Shown here piece after piece: positions 1 to 12,700 of a stretch of DNA of 64,000 bases. The stretch comes from Podarcis cretensis. Its lineage: Eukaryota. Position 1 is the first letter of the stretch. Every line of letters starts with the position of its first letter. The stretch is taken from the NCBI GenBank assembly GCA_951804945.1, contig OX638164.1, positions 28,086,001 through 28,150,000 on the forward strand. Direction: 5' to 3'. The position numbers were made by a program, and so were the translations under genes. The notes under the pieces were generated by a model. That model made no database searches. It saw nothing but the letters and a program-made list of their open reading frames with translations, and had not been told where the DNA came from.

Positions 1-44
1 TATATAGCGAGTTCAATCTACATTATGGCTGATAAGATCCCCTA

Positions 45-388
45 AAGGTAAAGGTAAAGGGACCCCTGACCATTAGGTCCAGTCGTGACTGACTCTGGGG
101 TTGCAGCGCTCATCTCGCTTTATTGGCCGAGGGAGCCGGCATACAGCTTCCGAATCATGTGGCCAGCATGACTAAGCCTCTTCTGGCGAACCAGAGCAGC
201 GCGTGGAAACACCGTTTACCTTCCCGCCGGAGCGGTACTTATTTATCTACTTGCACTTTGATGTTTTCGAACTGCTAGGTTGGCAGGATCAGGGACCGAG
301 CAACGGGAGCTCACCCCGTCATGGGGTTTTGAACCGCCGACCTTCTGATCGGCAAGTCTTAGGCTCTGTGGTTTAATCCACAGTGCCA
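45..388 (-). mobile_element. Sauria SINE (Squam1-type), slightly 5'-truncated
   Basis: (ACCTTT)n tail on minus strand, B-box-like ggttcaaaacc, typical Sauria SINE body, CCCCTA repeated on both flanks. Confidence 0.9.
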
Positions 389-1199
389 CCCCTACTCAGT
401 GCCTAACCAAAAAAAGGAGTAATGTAAGTAAGATGCAAATATAAAATCATTTTACAACTTTATTTTTTAAGAGCATTTGCCTTAAAACAATCCTATTCTC
501 CAAGGAATTGGGAGTAAATTAGTAACCTCTCTTTGATTACATTGTCACCAGGCTGTTGCTCCCCTGCTTCTTTTTATTAATTGGGTTGTTTTTAACAACT
601 GTTTTCTTTTATGTATTATATTTTGTGCATTGTTGGAAACTGCCTTGAGATCACATTGACATGATGAAGGGCTGTCTACAAACTGGAGAAATAACAATAA
701 ACAAATTCATTTCCCCTCTGTTTTGCAATGTATATTGAACCATACTATGTCATTTAGAAGCCGGTTTGTCTTGGTCTGTGGCAATGGAAGGTATTGCTTG
801 GAGGCACTAGGTTGTTTAATTTCACACCCCTCTCTTTTATTATTGTGCTTGAAATATGGTTTTTTACTGCTAATTTTTGTATGCAAGGGTATTTCTAGTA
901 AAATTTGCAGGGGTTTTGTGTCTCTCCGAGGATGAGTGATTGCTCCCCCAGATGAATCTACACAATCTTTAAGACTTGCAAAATAAGACCCTGTGCCGTG
1001 TTCACACGTGCACTTTAGAAGCCAAGTTTTTTTGGGGGGGGGAGGTGCCAGTACTGTGTGAGTACAGTCAGAAAAAAAGCACTGAGCGTACTCACGACAA
1101 CTTGCCCTCCATCCCTGAACGTCTGCATCCAGTGTCTTCATACAGAAGTTAAAATACAGCACTGAGGACAAAATTGTACCCAGCTGTACATCACAACAC

Positions 1200-1440
1200 A
1201 AAGACTATGGGGCAAAAACAATCTCCCAGTCCTAATCTCTGCACATGACCCTGGAGGTAGGAACTGAACCACTATATAACAGTGCCCATAAGACCCATCC
1301 CACAGAGCCCGAGTCGGTCCCTGAGAATACCATAGTCAATGGTATCAAAATTTGCTGAGATCAAGAAGCAGAAGCAGTCGTACTCTGCCTGTCCCACTCT
1401 TGATATAGGTCATCCACCAGGGGGCCAAAAGCTGGTTCAG
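1200..1440 (-). mobile_element. L2 RT fragment
   Basis: Minus strand gives LLLLLDLS..FDTID, matching the L2 RT motif LLDLSAAFDTID. Degenerate, boundaries approximate. Confidence 0.55.
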
Positions 1441-4398
1441 CCCCAGAATTTGTTCACATGATATTGCTGCTTAATGTTTTGCTGCTGCTGCCTCTCTTTA
1501 ATCTGCTGACTCTTTCAGTAGTATTTTTTTGTTTTATCATTTGTCATTTTTGTCATTTGTCATTTGTTGTTGTGAGTCATACTGCAGGCTGAAAAGTAGC
1601 ATACAGATGTTTAATTTTTTATATATAAAAAAATGCTGCAGAAAAATTACACCCATCATCCTGCCATCTTAAACTGCCAGTTATTTATTTCTTATTCTAC
1701 TGCTGTCACACTTGTGATTTCAAACCAAGATTTTTGCTTGGTGAATATTTTCTTTTTGAGCCAATCCTGGACCTCGTGAGAAGAGGGCAAAGGCAGCACA
1801 GACTTCTGGGCTAAGACAAAGGAATAATTGCTGCTTCCAAAAAATAATAGTTTTCAGGCTCTTTAGTGACCGCCGATGCTGTTCCCCTTTGATACTGCTG
1901 TGGTTTTTCTCTCTCTTCTATTTCAATGATAACAGTTATATATATTTTAGCATTTCTTCAGATGTGGGCAGGCTGTTCTACATAGCTTTCTGTTCCATTT
2001 GAATGGTTGGGTAGCATGCTTACTTCAGAGGAGCCACAGAGTGCTACTTTAGGTTGTGTTTGTGTGGGTGTACAGTCTAACTCACCACGTGGATCCTGCA
2101 TCCCACTCATGTCCTGTGCTCATAGGTCTGCTTTATCAACTTTGAAAATGACATGGGTTGCCCATATCTCCCTTGGGATATGTTGCTCCCAGTTTAAATG
2201 ATATGACTGCTGAAACCCAATCTCCAGACTGAATTGCTGTTGAAAAGATGCTCCATTTGAGATGTCCCTACAGCTGGTCAACTGCATCTATAACCTGAAG
2301 GCCACTATAATTCTCTCTCTCTCTCTCTTTTTTGTAACAGCACATGTGTGTGCATTGCAAAGCTGCACAATGTCTGAACTTCAATGCAATGCATACATTT
2401 AACAACTGCCATATGGTTTCTGTTTCAGATGAACCAGGAAGGAGGAGGAAACTGAGGGTTCAAAGTGTTCTGCTGGAGATGTTAGCATTGGGGTCAACAT
2501 AGCCAGTGGCGCACTCCAGGTACTGTTGGAATACAGCTTGTATCACCCCTGACCACTGGCTATGCTGGCTGGGGCTGAAGGAAGCTGGGGTCCAACTTCT
2601 GCAGGGCACTATGTTGGTAGTAAATACACATTCACTTCATAAAAAAAAAAGGAGGAAGTGTAATATGGCACTGTATTTTCACCATAACTGGGGGAGGGGG
2701 TACAACCCACTAGAGAACTTATTGTGAAGTTGTTCAGAAACACTTGTCCTGGGGAATTAGCATCACACTTGGAAATATTTGAGAGCAGCATTTAACATCC
2801 TAACTCTGTCTGAACTGCATTATTGAAATGCATATCTGATTTAAAAACGACACTCTTCTGCTCTTCCTTTCTCTGGTAAGTGGTTCACTGGGGAATAAAG
2901 GGCATTGTTAGCATCATTAGCCAAAATAGGGTAGGTGTACTCTCAAGTCAAGCTTTGTAGGACAAATTCTTGGAATGACTTTTTTTTAGGATAGAAAGGA
3001 TAAAAAAAATCAAATCTCCAAAAATAGCAAGGGGTTGGCTTGTAGGAATCATTTGGTCCACCTCTCCAGCACGTGCAGCTGTCCTGCTTTGTTCTACTGA
3101 TTTAGAGAACAGAAACTTTCCAAAAGGCATCTGCACTGCAAGGTGAAAGTTAAAAGGGAAATAGGATTCCTGAAAAAAGGCACTGAAGTGCAGCCAAAGC
3201 CAGAGCCCCAGCATCAGCCATGAACAGCATGCTGTTATTAGAATTCTGACAATGAATGCAGAAGAGTGGGGGGAGGGGGAAGCACACCTGGAAACCCGCA
3301 AGTTAAAGATCTCAGCTTTATATGCAGTTGGAAGAGTTAAATGCTCGTGCTTTAAACTTGCCCATGCATAGCTGCTGTTAAGTCCTGCATTATGAGAAGA
3401 GAGATGGCCGGAGGTTGCTATAGTTTTGCATGCAGACAAACTCCTTCCCCCACCTCCAGTCCTTTCGGATACACTCCAAAAAATTCATGGAGTGATCAAG
3501 CACCTCCCTCATGTTGAAAAACAGCCTGTGTCCTCAAATGAGACTTTGGGTATTTGGCCTTCCACTAGTGTTTTAATTTGAAATTTTTATTTTTATTTTT
3601 GGAGGCAATCCATCTGGTTTGACAGGTTACCCATCATGCCCATCATGCATTTCTCACCATCCACAGACATGCTCACTTTCATTTGGACATTGTTCAGAAC
3701 AAAATGGCCAACACACAAGAAATATCTGGTCAACTTCATACACACGCTGGCAATGCAAGCTTGGAAGGAAACCACAAAGAAGCTTCAATGGGGGAAGGGC
3801 AACCTTGACAAAGAAGGGACGCCAAACGAACCAGGATCTTTTATTATTACTTTAAGGCAGAAAGCATATCATAGGTCAATTTGCCTGACATGCCTAGTAA
3901 TTTATTTGTTCAACAACTTTCTCATCTCCAACTTCGAAGTTATGGGGTGCTTGCAGTCAATATGCTGATCATTTTCAATGCACAAGGCATTTCTGGCTAA
4001 ATATCTGATCTGTTCCCCAGTTTACTTTGGGCTATATTAAGGCTAACGTTGACGTGATTTGTGGGTCTTGTATACCTCTAAAATGTGTGCATGTATGTGT
4101 GTGTTCTTGCATCATTAATAGTCCACTTTCCAAAATATTTTCCAACTATCTTTCTAATGAGTATCAGCTATCTAATGGGCCGAATGGTGTTCAAGTGCAC
4201 ATATTAGTAATTTCACTGAAATTATTTAGTGAAATTAACTTATGCAACCTGAGGTGACTTCAAGTGCAATGACCTCAAAATATTAGTTTTATTTATTTTA
4301 AAGGTTAGGGATACCCATGCAACATTCATGCCTCTGTTTCCTTAAAACAAAAGCTACATTTTCCTCTTTGGGCAGCAACAAGTGAACATCTAATTCAT

Positions 4399-4435
4399 TG
4401 TTTTGTTTTGTTTTGTTTTGTTTTGTTTTGTTTTG
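4399..4435. repeat. (GTTTT)n microsatellite
   Basis: Seen directly. Confidence 0.95.
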
Positions 4436-5611
4436 ACCCAGCTTTTACTTTTGTAAAACTCTTGTTCTGGAATTCTTTGCCCATTACTATAATGCTTTCT
4501 TTACAAGTTTTCAGATGCTTCTGTCATTAATGGTGGTCTCAATGGAACCACACAACCAATAGGACCTCGGTAAGTCTTAAATATATTTTTGTTTACACAG
4601 TGCTAGTGGATACAAGGTGCTTCATAATGGTTCATCTATGCTGGTGCTGTCAATCCTAATGAGTCTTGAGTACAACTGAGACCCTTGGTTCATTTAGGCT
4701 GTTACTCTCCACCCTCAAATCCAATCTAGCTTGTGGCTTCTGTGACTGAAATGTTGCTGACATAAGAGTGGACAATGGGATGGGGGCGGATTAGCCAATT
4801 CTCCAGACTTCATCATTTATTTCAGTAGCAAGTGAGTCAGGACTAATGCTCAATTATAAACCCATCACTAATAATTGTTTATTAGCAGAAGGTAGCTTTA
4901 GCTGCTACTATGGGCCTGAAGCGGCAGACATACAGAGCTTTAACACTTCAGTGATAGTCAAAAGGTTTCAGTTAAAATGTCTACTCGTTGAGCCAAAATT
5001 CCTAATAGTATGATAATTAGAAATGTAGAGGCAAACAGAATCAAGTTAATTCCAGTGGGATTTTATCAATTTATAGTGGGCTCTCCAGTCTGCAACTCAA
5101 CTGCTGAATATGAAAATACAACATGCAGACTCTCTTAGGCCAAACAGACATCCAAGATGTGTATTTGTCTAATATGCTTTGTCATCTCTTCCTTCAGCAT
5201 TTGCCGAAAACTGAGGATTTGAGAAGGCTGACTTTGGAATTTTAAAGACTTCCTTCTCACACGTGTAGAATACAGAGAAATAGGACAGCAGGACCGTGTG
5301 CAGGAATGTTTCACGTCCATGCTTCTAACTCCTTTGGTGCATGCACTGTGCCCCAACTGCACATGACTGGGGACTTCCAACACGGTGGCAGCCATGTCTG
5401 ATAACAGTGGCTGCTATCCTGAAAAATGTTCAGGCAGGCAGATACCAGTTCCATGTCTCTGCAATAACAGGCCCTCAATAAATTATGTCCATCTCTATTA
5501 GAAGCATGCAGAGTGAAGACACTGGGCGTGCTCAAGTAATTCCCAAATGGCAACTGCAAAGGAAGACCTGGCACCCTACGCAACAAGGAAATCTGTTTTA
5601 CATTAAACTAA

Positions 5612-5950
5612 GGTAAAGGGACCCCTGACCATTAGGTCCAGTCGTGGCCAGCTCTGGGGTTGCGGCGCTCATCTCGCTTTATTGGCCGAGGGAGCTGGCG
5701 TACAGCTTCCGGGTCATGTGGCCAGCATGACTAAGCCGCTTCTGGCAGTGCACGGAAACGCCGTTTACCTTCCCGCCGGAGCGGTACCTATGTATCTACT
5801 TGCACTTCGACGTGCTTTTGAACTGCTAGGTTGGCAGGAGCAGGGACTGAGTAACGGGAGCTCACCCCGTCGTGGGGATTTGAACTGCCGACCTTCTGAT
5901 TGGCAAGTCCTAGGCTCTGTGGCTTAACCCACAGCGCCACCAGCATCCCG
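5612..5950 (-). mobile_element. Sauria SINE
   Basis: Highly similar to 45-388. 11-bp TSD CATTAAACTAA (5601-5611 / 5951-5961). Confidence 0.92.
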
Positions 5951-5964
5951 CATTAAACTAATAT

Positions 5965-6195
5965 TGTTATTTATTAGATTTCTATACCACCCTTCATCCA
6001 AAGATCACAGGGCAGTTCACAATATAAAAACACAATGATAAATACCGTAATAACAAGCAAAAACAATTACCCTCCCCAAAGGCCAAAGATTGTTGAATTA
6101 GCCAAAGGCCTGGGAGAAGAGGAATGCTTTCTCCTGGCACCTAAAGAAATGTAACAAAGGTGCTAGGTGAGCCTCCTTGGGGAGGGCATTCCAAT
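5965..6195 (-). mobile_element. L2-type 3' end fragment
   Basis: tttattagatttctataccaccct...ccaaaggcctggg...ggggagggcattcca. Similar remnants at ~38200-38400 (+), ~55365-55680 (-), ~60040-60300 (+), ~63780-63950 (-). Confidence 0.6.
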
Positions 6196-7414
6196 GTTAT
6201 AGTGTCATGAATAATTTGACCTAGTAGACCCCTTGTGAACCTTTGGATTATGTATGGATAGGCGATTACGAACTGCACAATAACCATAATGTGATGTTTG
6301 GTACAGAAGTCTCCCTCAAGGCTGATAAAATAGATTGGGAGTGAGTGAACTTTGAAAGAATATTGGGTGACAAAGGCTGGGGAAGACCCCAGTCTCAAAC
6401 TCAGAGCTGCTCACAGTTGTAGACCAAGCAAAGCCAATGTATGGCCTTCTGTAAGTTACTGAACTACCACTCCCGTCAGCACCCACCAGCCAAGCAAATG
6501 GCCAGGGTTGATGGGAGCTGTAGTCCAACAACATCTAGAGGACACCATGTCGGCTCTTTCACTCAGGGCAATCATTCCAATAAGTTTCACCGTCTTGTGC
6601 TTCTTAAGAAAAGACAGGGTGCACTTTTAGCAATAAGGTTATGGGTTAAAATTTAGTCAGGTAAATGGAATTTGTATATTAAAGTTATTTTATCAACTCA
6701 GTTACTAGTCTGTGATACTGGATCCTACTTTAAAACCTGGGGGACGTGAAAGCTGTCAGGCTGTTTGAAGGAAGAGACGCAAAACAGGTGAGTGGGGTGA
6801 GCTTGCTCGTCTGTTCTGACCATGGCCAGGGAGAGCCCGTTGCAGTGAAGCATGTGTTTGGAAGCTTGCTAATGAAAGGCTTCCTGGTGACCTATGACAC
6901 GACAGATTACTCCGTGGAACTGCCTCAGCATACTAAATGTCTTATGCCTCTCTTGCATACCTGAGAGATTCCCTGGGAATGGCAGGCATTACAATTAAAA
7001 CAACATTTGGGCCACAATTTCCAAAGCCAGATTCCTCTGGAATGTTTCGTTCTGACTGTCGGAAATACTGGTTGCTGAAATGCAGCCGTTCCTCTTGTTC
7101 TGCTCTGATATGCCTGCTGTTTTTGCTGGGTTTGGGGAATAGCTGGATGCCCAGGCCTGCAACAATTGAATGCTAAATTTGCAGCAGAAATGACAAGGCT
7201 AGACATCCCTTCGAGTCTTAAAAATCATGGCATATTTATGAGATCAGTCCACTTGAAGCATTAGTCCTCCAACCCCTTAAAAAAAAAAACCTTTATCTCT
7301 GGCTCCCTCATTTCTCTGCCCGCCCCCTCCGCCCCCTGCCTTTCCTCCCAGGCTTGCCTTGCCACTCAGCACAGCGCTGCTGAGAGAAAAGATAAACAGG
7401 AATGCAATACCAAC

Positions 7415-7447
7415 CGTGAACTGCCGGTTCTGTCGTCGCCGTTGTGT
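7415..7447 (-). CDS. CADM1: CADM1 alternative exon 9 (33 bp)
   Basis: (D)TTATTEPAVH, the same peptide as the mammalian 11-aa alternative exon. Acceptor gtgtag|AC, donor CG|gttggt, symmetric phase 1. Confidence 0.93.
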
Positions 7448-9707
7448 CTACACACGGGAACAGAGGTTTGGAGGAAGGGAAGAAACAGGAGGAACAGCAT
7501 GCAAAAAAAGGGAAATGGAAAAAATGGAACAGATAATATATGAGCAAGCTTTCAAAGAACATTGCGTGACAAGCAATAATAAAATGAAAGGCAAAAAGCA
7601 TTTGAAGTGAGTTGCACTGTTTTAAAGAGACATGCCTTGAGCTTAAAAGCTGTGAGCCTGAGGGGGGGTGGGGGGAACCCTTGTTTGCTTTGGTTCTGGA
7701 GATTTGCCAGCAGGGATGCTTTCTGGTGGTCAAGAGTTAGGGAGACATGCAAAGTGGGGAGAAACACCAGAGCCACCTGCTCCGTGGGGAAGTGAGCACA
7801 GGGACATCAAAGGGCTCCAGGGCAAGCAGAGGCAAGTCTTGAAGAAGCTTTCATACATTCAAACATTGCCTTTGCAAAAGACATTCCCCTCTATGTGAGA
7901 ATGCCAGAGGAGTCAGTGCATTACCTGGCTGCCGGGGTCTCCTTTCCCTTTTGTCATGCACATAATACCTGTGGATGCTATGCAACATTCTGCATCCACC
8001 TGATCCCCGGGGAATACCAATGATAGGAAGTCTCCCAAGAATGAATGCATACAACGCCATTGCATTCACACTGCAAAACAGGTCATCATTGAGGAGGTAG
8101 CCTTGCCTCTAGCAAGTCATGCATAGTTTAGATAAAGAGATACATATATAAAGACGACAGAACAGATTCCATCTTTGCAAACTGAAGAAAAGCTTTCTGC
8201 AAAGATCTCAATCTCTAGAGAGTGCTCTGTGGACCAGATACTGAGAAGAACTGTGAACGTTTCCACAAGTTTCCTGTTGCTTGGGATGTAACTAGAGAAA
8301 TGAAAGGGCACCCCAGTTCTAGCAGAATGTGCCGTTCTCAGTTCATTTTAACAGCATGTAGGCTACAAGCATGGCAGACTCCAGTGCTTGTGGAACTAAG
8401 TGGGTTGTCAAACGTACTCCTACCTTAGGGCTGTGAATGCACCAAAGAGAGGAACATTCCTAGATGGGACGTCCTCTGGCAGCCTTGCCCTCTGAAGCTT
8501 TACTGAGGGAGCCCAGTCCCGGTATCAGGTGTCTCTTTGGGTGTAGAGGATGCTATGTGTTCTCCATGTACCTTGCTGGAAAAGGTCTTCCCTACCTTTC
8601 CAAGTCTTGGGTTTCTGGACCTTCTGAAGCATCCCCAAAGGGTGTAAAAAATTCTTATTCAAAGACTATTTGTATATGTCAAAACATACGTTAGACATAT
8701 TGCTTTTGCCTAGTTTTGCCCACGGTTCAGCCATGACAACAAAAATTACAACATAAATCAGCTAAGTCTTCACTTGTTCAGCAACATTAGAATCCTAAGG
8801 AGGGCGGGAGTAGAGAACTTTTTTGGGGGGGGGGGTAATAGGTTGCCTTCCTCCATGGGTAAACTAGCACCCATGAGTGGACCCACCCCCTATTCTCTCT
8901 CTAGGGGGCTGGGGCTTGCCTTCAACAGAGAAAGACCCTGGAAGGAAAGTTAATTCACTGGAAGAAAAAATGCTTGAAGTCGTTTCAGGCAAAGGCGTTC
9001 AACTTCTTTTCTACTCTCCTAACTTTCATCACTGTGCAGAAAATATGGCTATGCAAACAGCTAGCACTGAAACAAAGTGGGCTGCCTGAGAATGGACAGA
9101 TCGCTCAGTCCCTCTCCAGGCAGCTTGCTTGGCTTCCATGCAGCCCCTTCCCTAAAGGTCAGAAGAGTGGGCAGGGGGCTGTGGAGGAAAGACTTGTGGG
9201 CCAGATCCAGCTTGTGAGCTAGCGCTTTGCCATCTGTGCTGGAGGAGTTGGACCAAAAGGGTCCTGTTCCCCTTTCCATTTCAGCAACCTTTAGCTCCAC
9301 ACATGTGGGTTGGGGCCATAGGATTGGTGAGGCGGCTGTTCTGGGAGCAGCTCGAAAAGTGCTAAGTGTTCAGAGTTTCTGCAGCGCAGCACAAACAAGG
9401 CCATTTACCTCAAAAGAATGTTTGGGAGGTTCCTCTTTAGTTCAGCACAGGCAATGTTTAAATGAACAAAAGAATAGCTTTCTGCAAGGCTCCACAACAT
9501 GTAATTGAGCTCATAAACTACCCTAGAACTTGAGCTTTTTTATTATTACAGAAGACAAGCCCATGGAGGTGTTTCTCCACAGTTGACATGCCACCCTCAG
9601 AATCCAGAGACGGCCAGACTTTCCACTTAATAGAATGCAGGGGCCACTTTCCCTTTGCAATCAAACAGAGGACAATGCATACTTAACTTTCCAGAGCAAA
9701 GGTTAGA

Positions 9708-9733
9708 CAATAATAATAATAATAATAATAATA
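9708..9733. repeat. (AAT)n microsatellite
   Basis: Seen directly. Confidence 0.9.
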
Positions 9734-12700
9734 CAGGTACATAATCTACATAATCCACATGGGGAGGGGGGAATACATGATACTTACAGGCTGGCACATT
9801 TTAAAATATTGAAGGAAAAGCAACACCCCCTTGCACAATTGAAATAGGTGTTTTATCAAGTTTTATATGACAGCAATTCACCTATGGCACATCTTATTCT
9901 CCATTCTAACACAGATAGTTTTTCACTTTGCAATCCAATCTAACACACAGTTCAGGACCACCAAGCTCCTGATCTCACATTGGGAGCTTTGGCAAAATTA
10001 AAGCATCAAAAATGCTTGACAGTTAATGAAACAGAAGTTTGAGGCCTGCCCCTTTCATCCTCAATTGCATAGCCTACAATGTCTCATTTTAACTGGTGGG
10101 GGATTCAAAGGTGTAAAGGAAAGGTCAGAGGGGATGCTAGGATTAAATTGGATGAGCTGTGTGTTAACGCCTGAAATTTCATGCTCTTCCCCAGAATAAT
10201 TGACTAACCTGTTTCCTCTGTGTGTCTGTTTATGTATGTGGGAAATTATGTGAACTTCCGGTTCAAAATTAAACCGTGCTGAAATCAGAACTTCTGCTCA
10301 TATGCTGGAAAAAGATTATTAGTCAAGGAACAGTGTTCCGTGTGGACAGTGCAGCTCGCTTTTCCCATCCAGGGACAGAGATCAGCAGGTAACAAACAAA
10401 CAAAAATGAAACACAAAGTTCTCAAGCAGTTAAAAGGCGAACAAATATTCAAAGTCAAACAACATCATGTTGGCTGCAGCTGGAATGGCAAAGTTATGAT
10501 TAGCAGATGGGCTGGGTGATCACAGCGGGAAATAAAGCAGTTAATGATTAAAAGGTGCACTGCCTCGAAGTCCAACTCAGTCTAGGCCATCTTCCCAAAT
10601 GAGCTCCTGGTTTAGCAATGGCATTCATGCTGATATATATATGTGTGTGTATTACTTTCTTAAGGCACTTTACAGTGATGTCCAGGAACAAATGGCTTCA
10701 TTTTCAAAAGCAGAAAGCAACACATAGAAGAACAATGGTTCCCCCACTCCACCCCACCCCATTTTGAAAGGAGGAGGAATTACCACCTGCTTTGTCTCTT
10801 TGGGGTAAAAACACTAAGGAACAGATCAAAAATAATCTGCCAGAAATTCTGTAGGTCCCACAAGTGACAGAGGGGACAAAAGGAGTCTATTTGCTAACAT
10901 ATCCCGTTCACAAAGCCACTAGTTCATGTAAAACAACAACACAAGAGTGAATCAATTATCTGTCCAGTCTTAAAGAGCAGTGACTAACTTAAAATTTACT
11001 GAGGATGTGGAGTAATAGAAGCATGTCCCCCATTTCTCAGCATCTCCCTTCTTTCCCTCCCACCACCCCATCTATGTGTGTACAAACTATGTGTTTGCTT
11101 TTCAAATATAATCCAAACATTGTAACTGGGGAAAGAGTGGCCCAGCTGCAGGAAAACTGCATTCTAAGTATCAAGTTGCTTTTTATCTCAAGTGTTAGAA
11201 ACTCTTGATAATAAAAATAAACATAACCAGATACCAAAGACATTAAATATTTTGTCATGGATGATGTTATCTTCCAAAGTGTGTGGGGGGGTGGAAGGTG
11301 GCATTGTCTATCCCTTTGGATATCAGTCATTTAACATGGTCAATGTAAAAGAACTACCCCCCCCCCCCAACAAGCCAGCCTCTGAGACAGCTGGGCAATA
11401 TTAAGTTGAAACAGTGGCATTCAAACTCCTCGGTGGCACATTCTAATCCATTCAGATGGCTTCTCTACAACTTAAAATTGTTCACTGAGTGTGACAGACT
11501 GGGGGGTTTAAAAACTAATCCATAAAATTAGTCCACAGTCTCTAACAGAATGGGTTCCGTAAATTAAAATCCAAGGACAGATTTTTTTTTTTAAAGTCCT
11601 AAATCTGTTGCCAGCCTATAGAATCCAGGCAATTTAACTGCTCCTGCCTTGAGAAACTATGCTTTCCCCAGAGTAGTAACTGTTTGTATAATTATCACCT
11701 ACCTGAGATGCCATGCTGCAATCAAAGCATGCTATTAAGACATAATCTTGCATTTATTTGTTTTTTAAAAAGAAGAAAAAGAGGGTAATTTGACATAGAA
11801 TTTGCCCACAGAGCTGAAAGAGCTGCCATTCTGGGTCAAGATTATCGAGCTCAAGCACCCTATGGCTGGACAGTCATTTGCCCCAGGGATGCTTAGAAGA
11901 ATGCATGATGGAAACAGATCTATAGGTGGCTGTAAACAAAGCAGGACATAGTCAAAATCTTCCATTTATTCCCACCTGTCTCAGCTCCTTCGATCTGTAT
12001 TATGTTTCAGTTAAACTAGACAACTGCAGGATTTGCAGGGCAGAAAGAACACAGAAGCAGGGATGTAACAGGCCTAGACAGAGCGAGTGGAACCACCCTG
12101 AAAGGGGCAGGAAATACTCTGTCTCACGCTGCTGCAGGAACAAGAGCACACTATGCAAAACAGCACTTCCAAGTGAGAGTGTCGGAATCGGCGTTTTGTA
12201 CAGCGTCCTGCTTGTACTACACCCACGAGATAGCTTCATTTGCGGACCAGATGTTTCACAAAAATAATCAGGATCCGTTTAGTAGTTTTGTGTAGCATAG
12301 AAAATTATTTTTTGAAGCATGGAACTGCATATTGGGCAGAGATTTAACGCTTCATTCCACACAGCTCTCCATCCAGGCCTCCAGCCTAGTGAAATGAAGC
12401 ATCCTTGAGTGAACATGCAAAAGCACCTTAGCGCTGGCATTGGGGGAAACAAAAAGCAATTTTAATCAAAGGTCACCCAATCCCAGCTGGAATGTCTCCT
12501 GTGCAAGTCCCAACGCAGCAAATAGGAGTTGCACAATGAACCTAGAAGAATTGTCCTCCCCCCCTTTTTTTTTTGCAGGGGAGAGGGGTTCAAGGAAGCC
12601 AGTTCAGCGTACCCAACATTTGCTGTCCTCAGCAGCTGATCCAAGAGGACAGGTGGGACCAATCCTGTCGACACAGCTAACTGGCCAGAAGTGGGGTAGC

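Noticed and set aside
5135-5290. Stretch faintly resembling mammalian CADM1 exon 10 (PQFSANAEGRDD vs TQLPNSAEELDS), with nearby UGCAUG motifs
   Set aside because: In-frame stop follows (KAY*), there is no GT donor, and the acceptors are weak.
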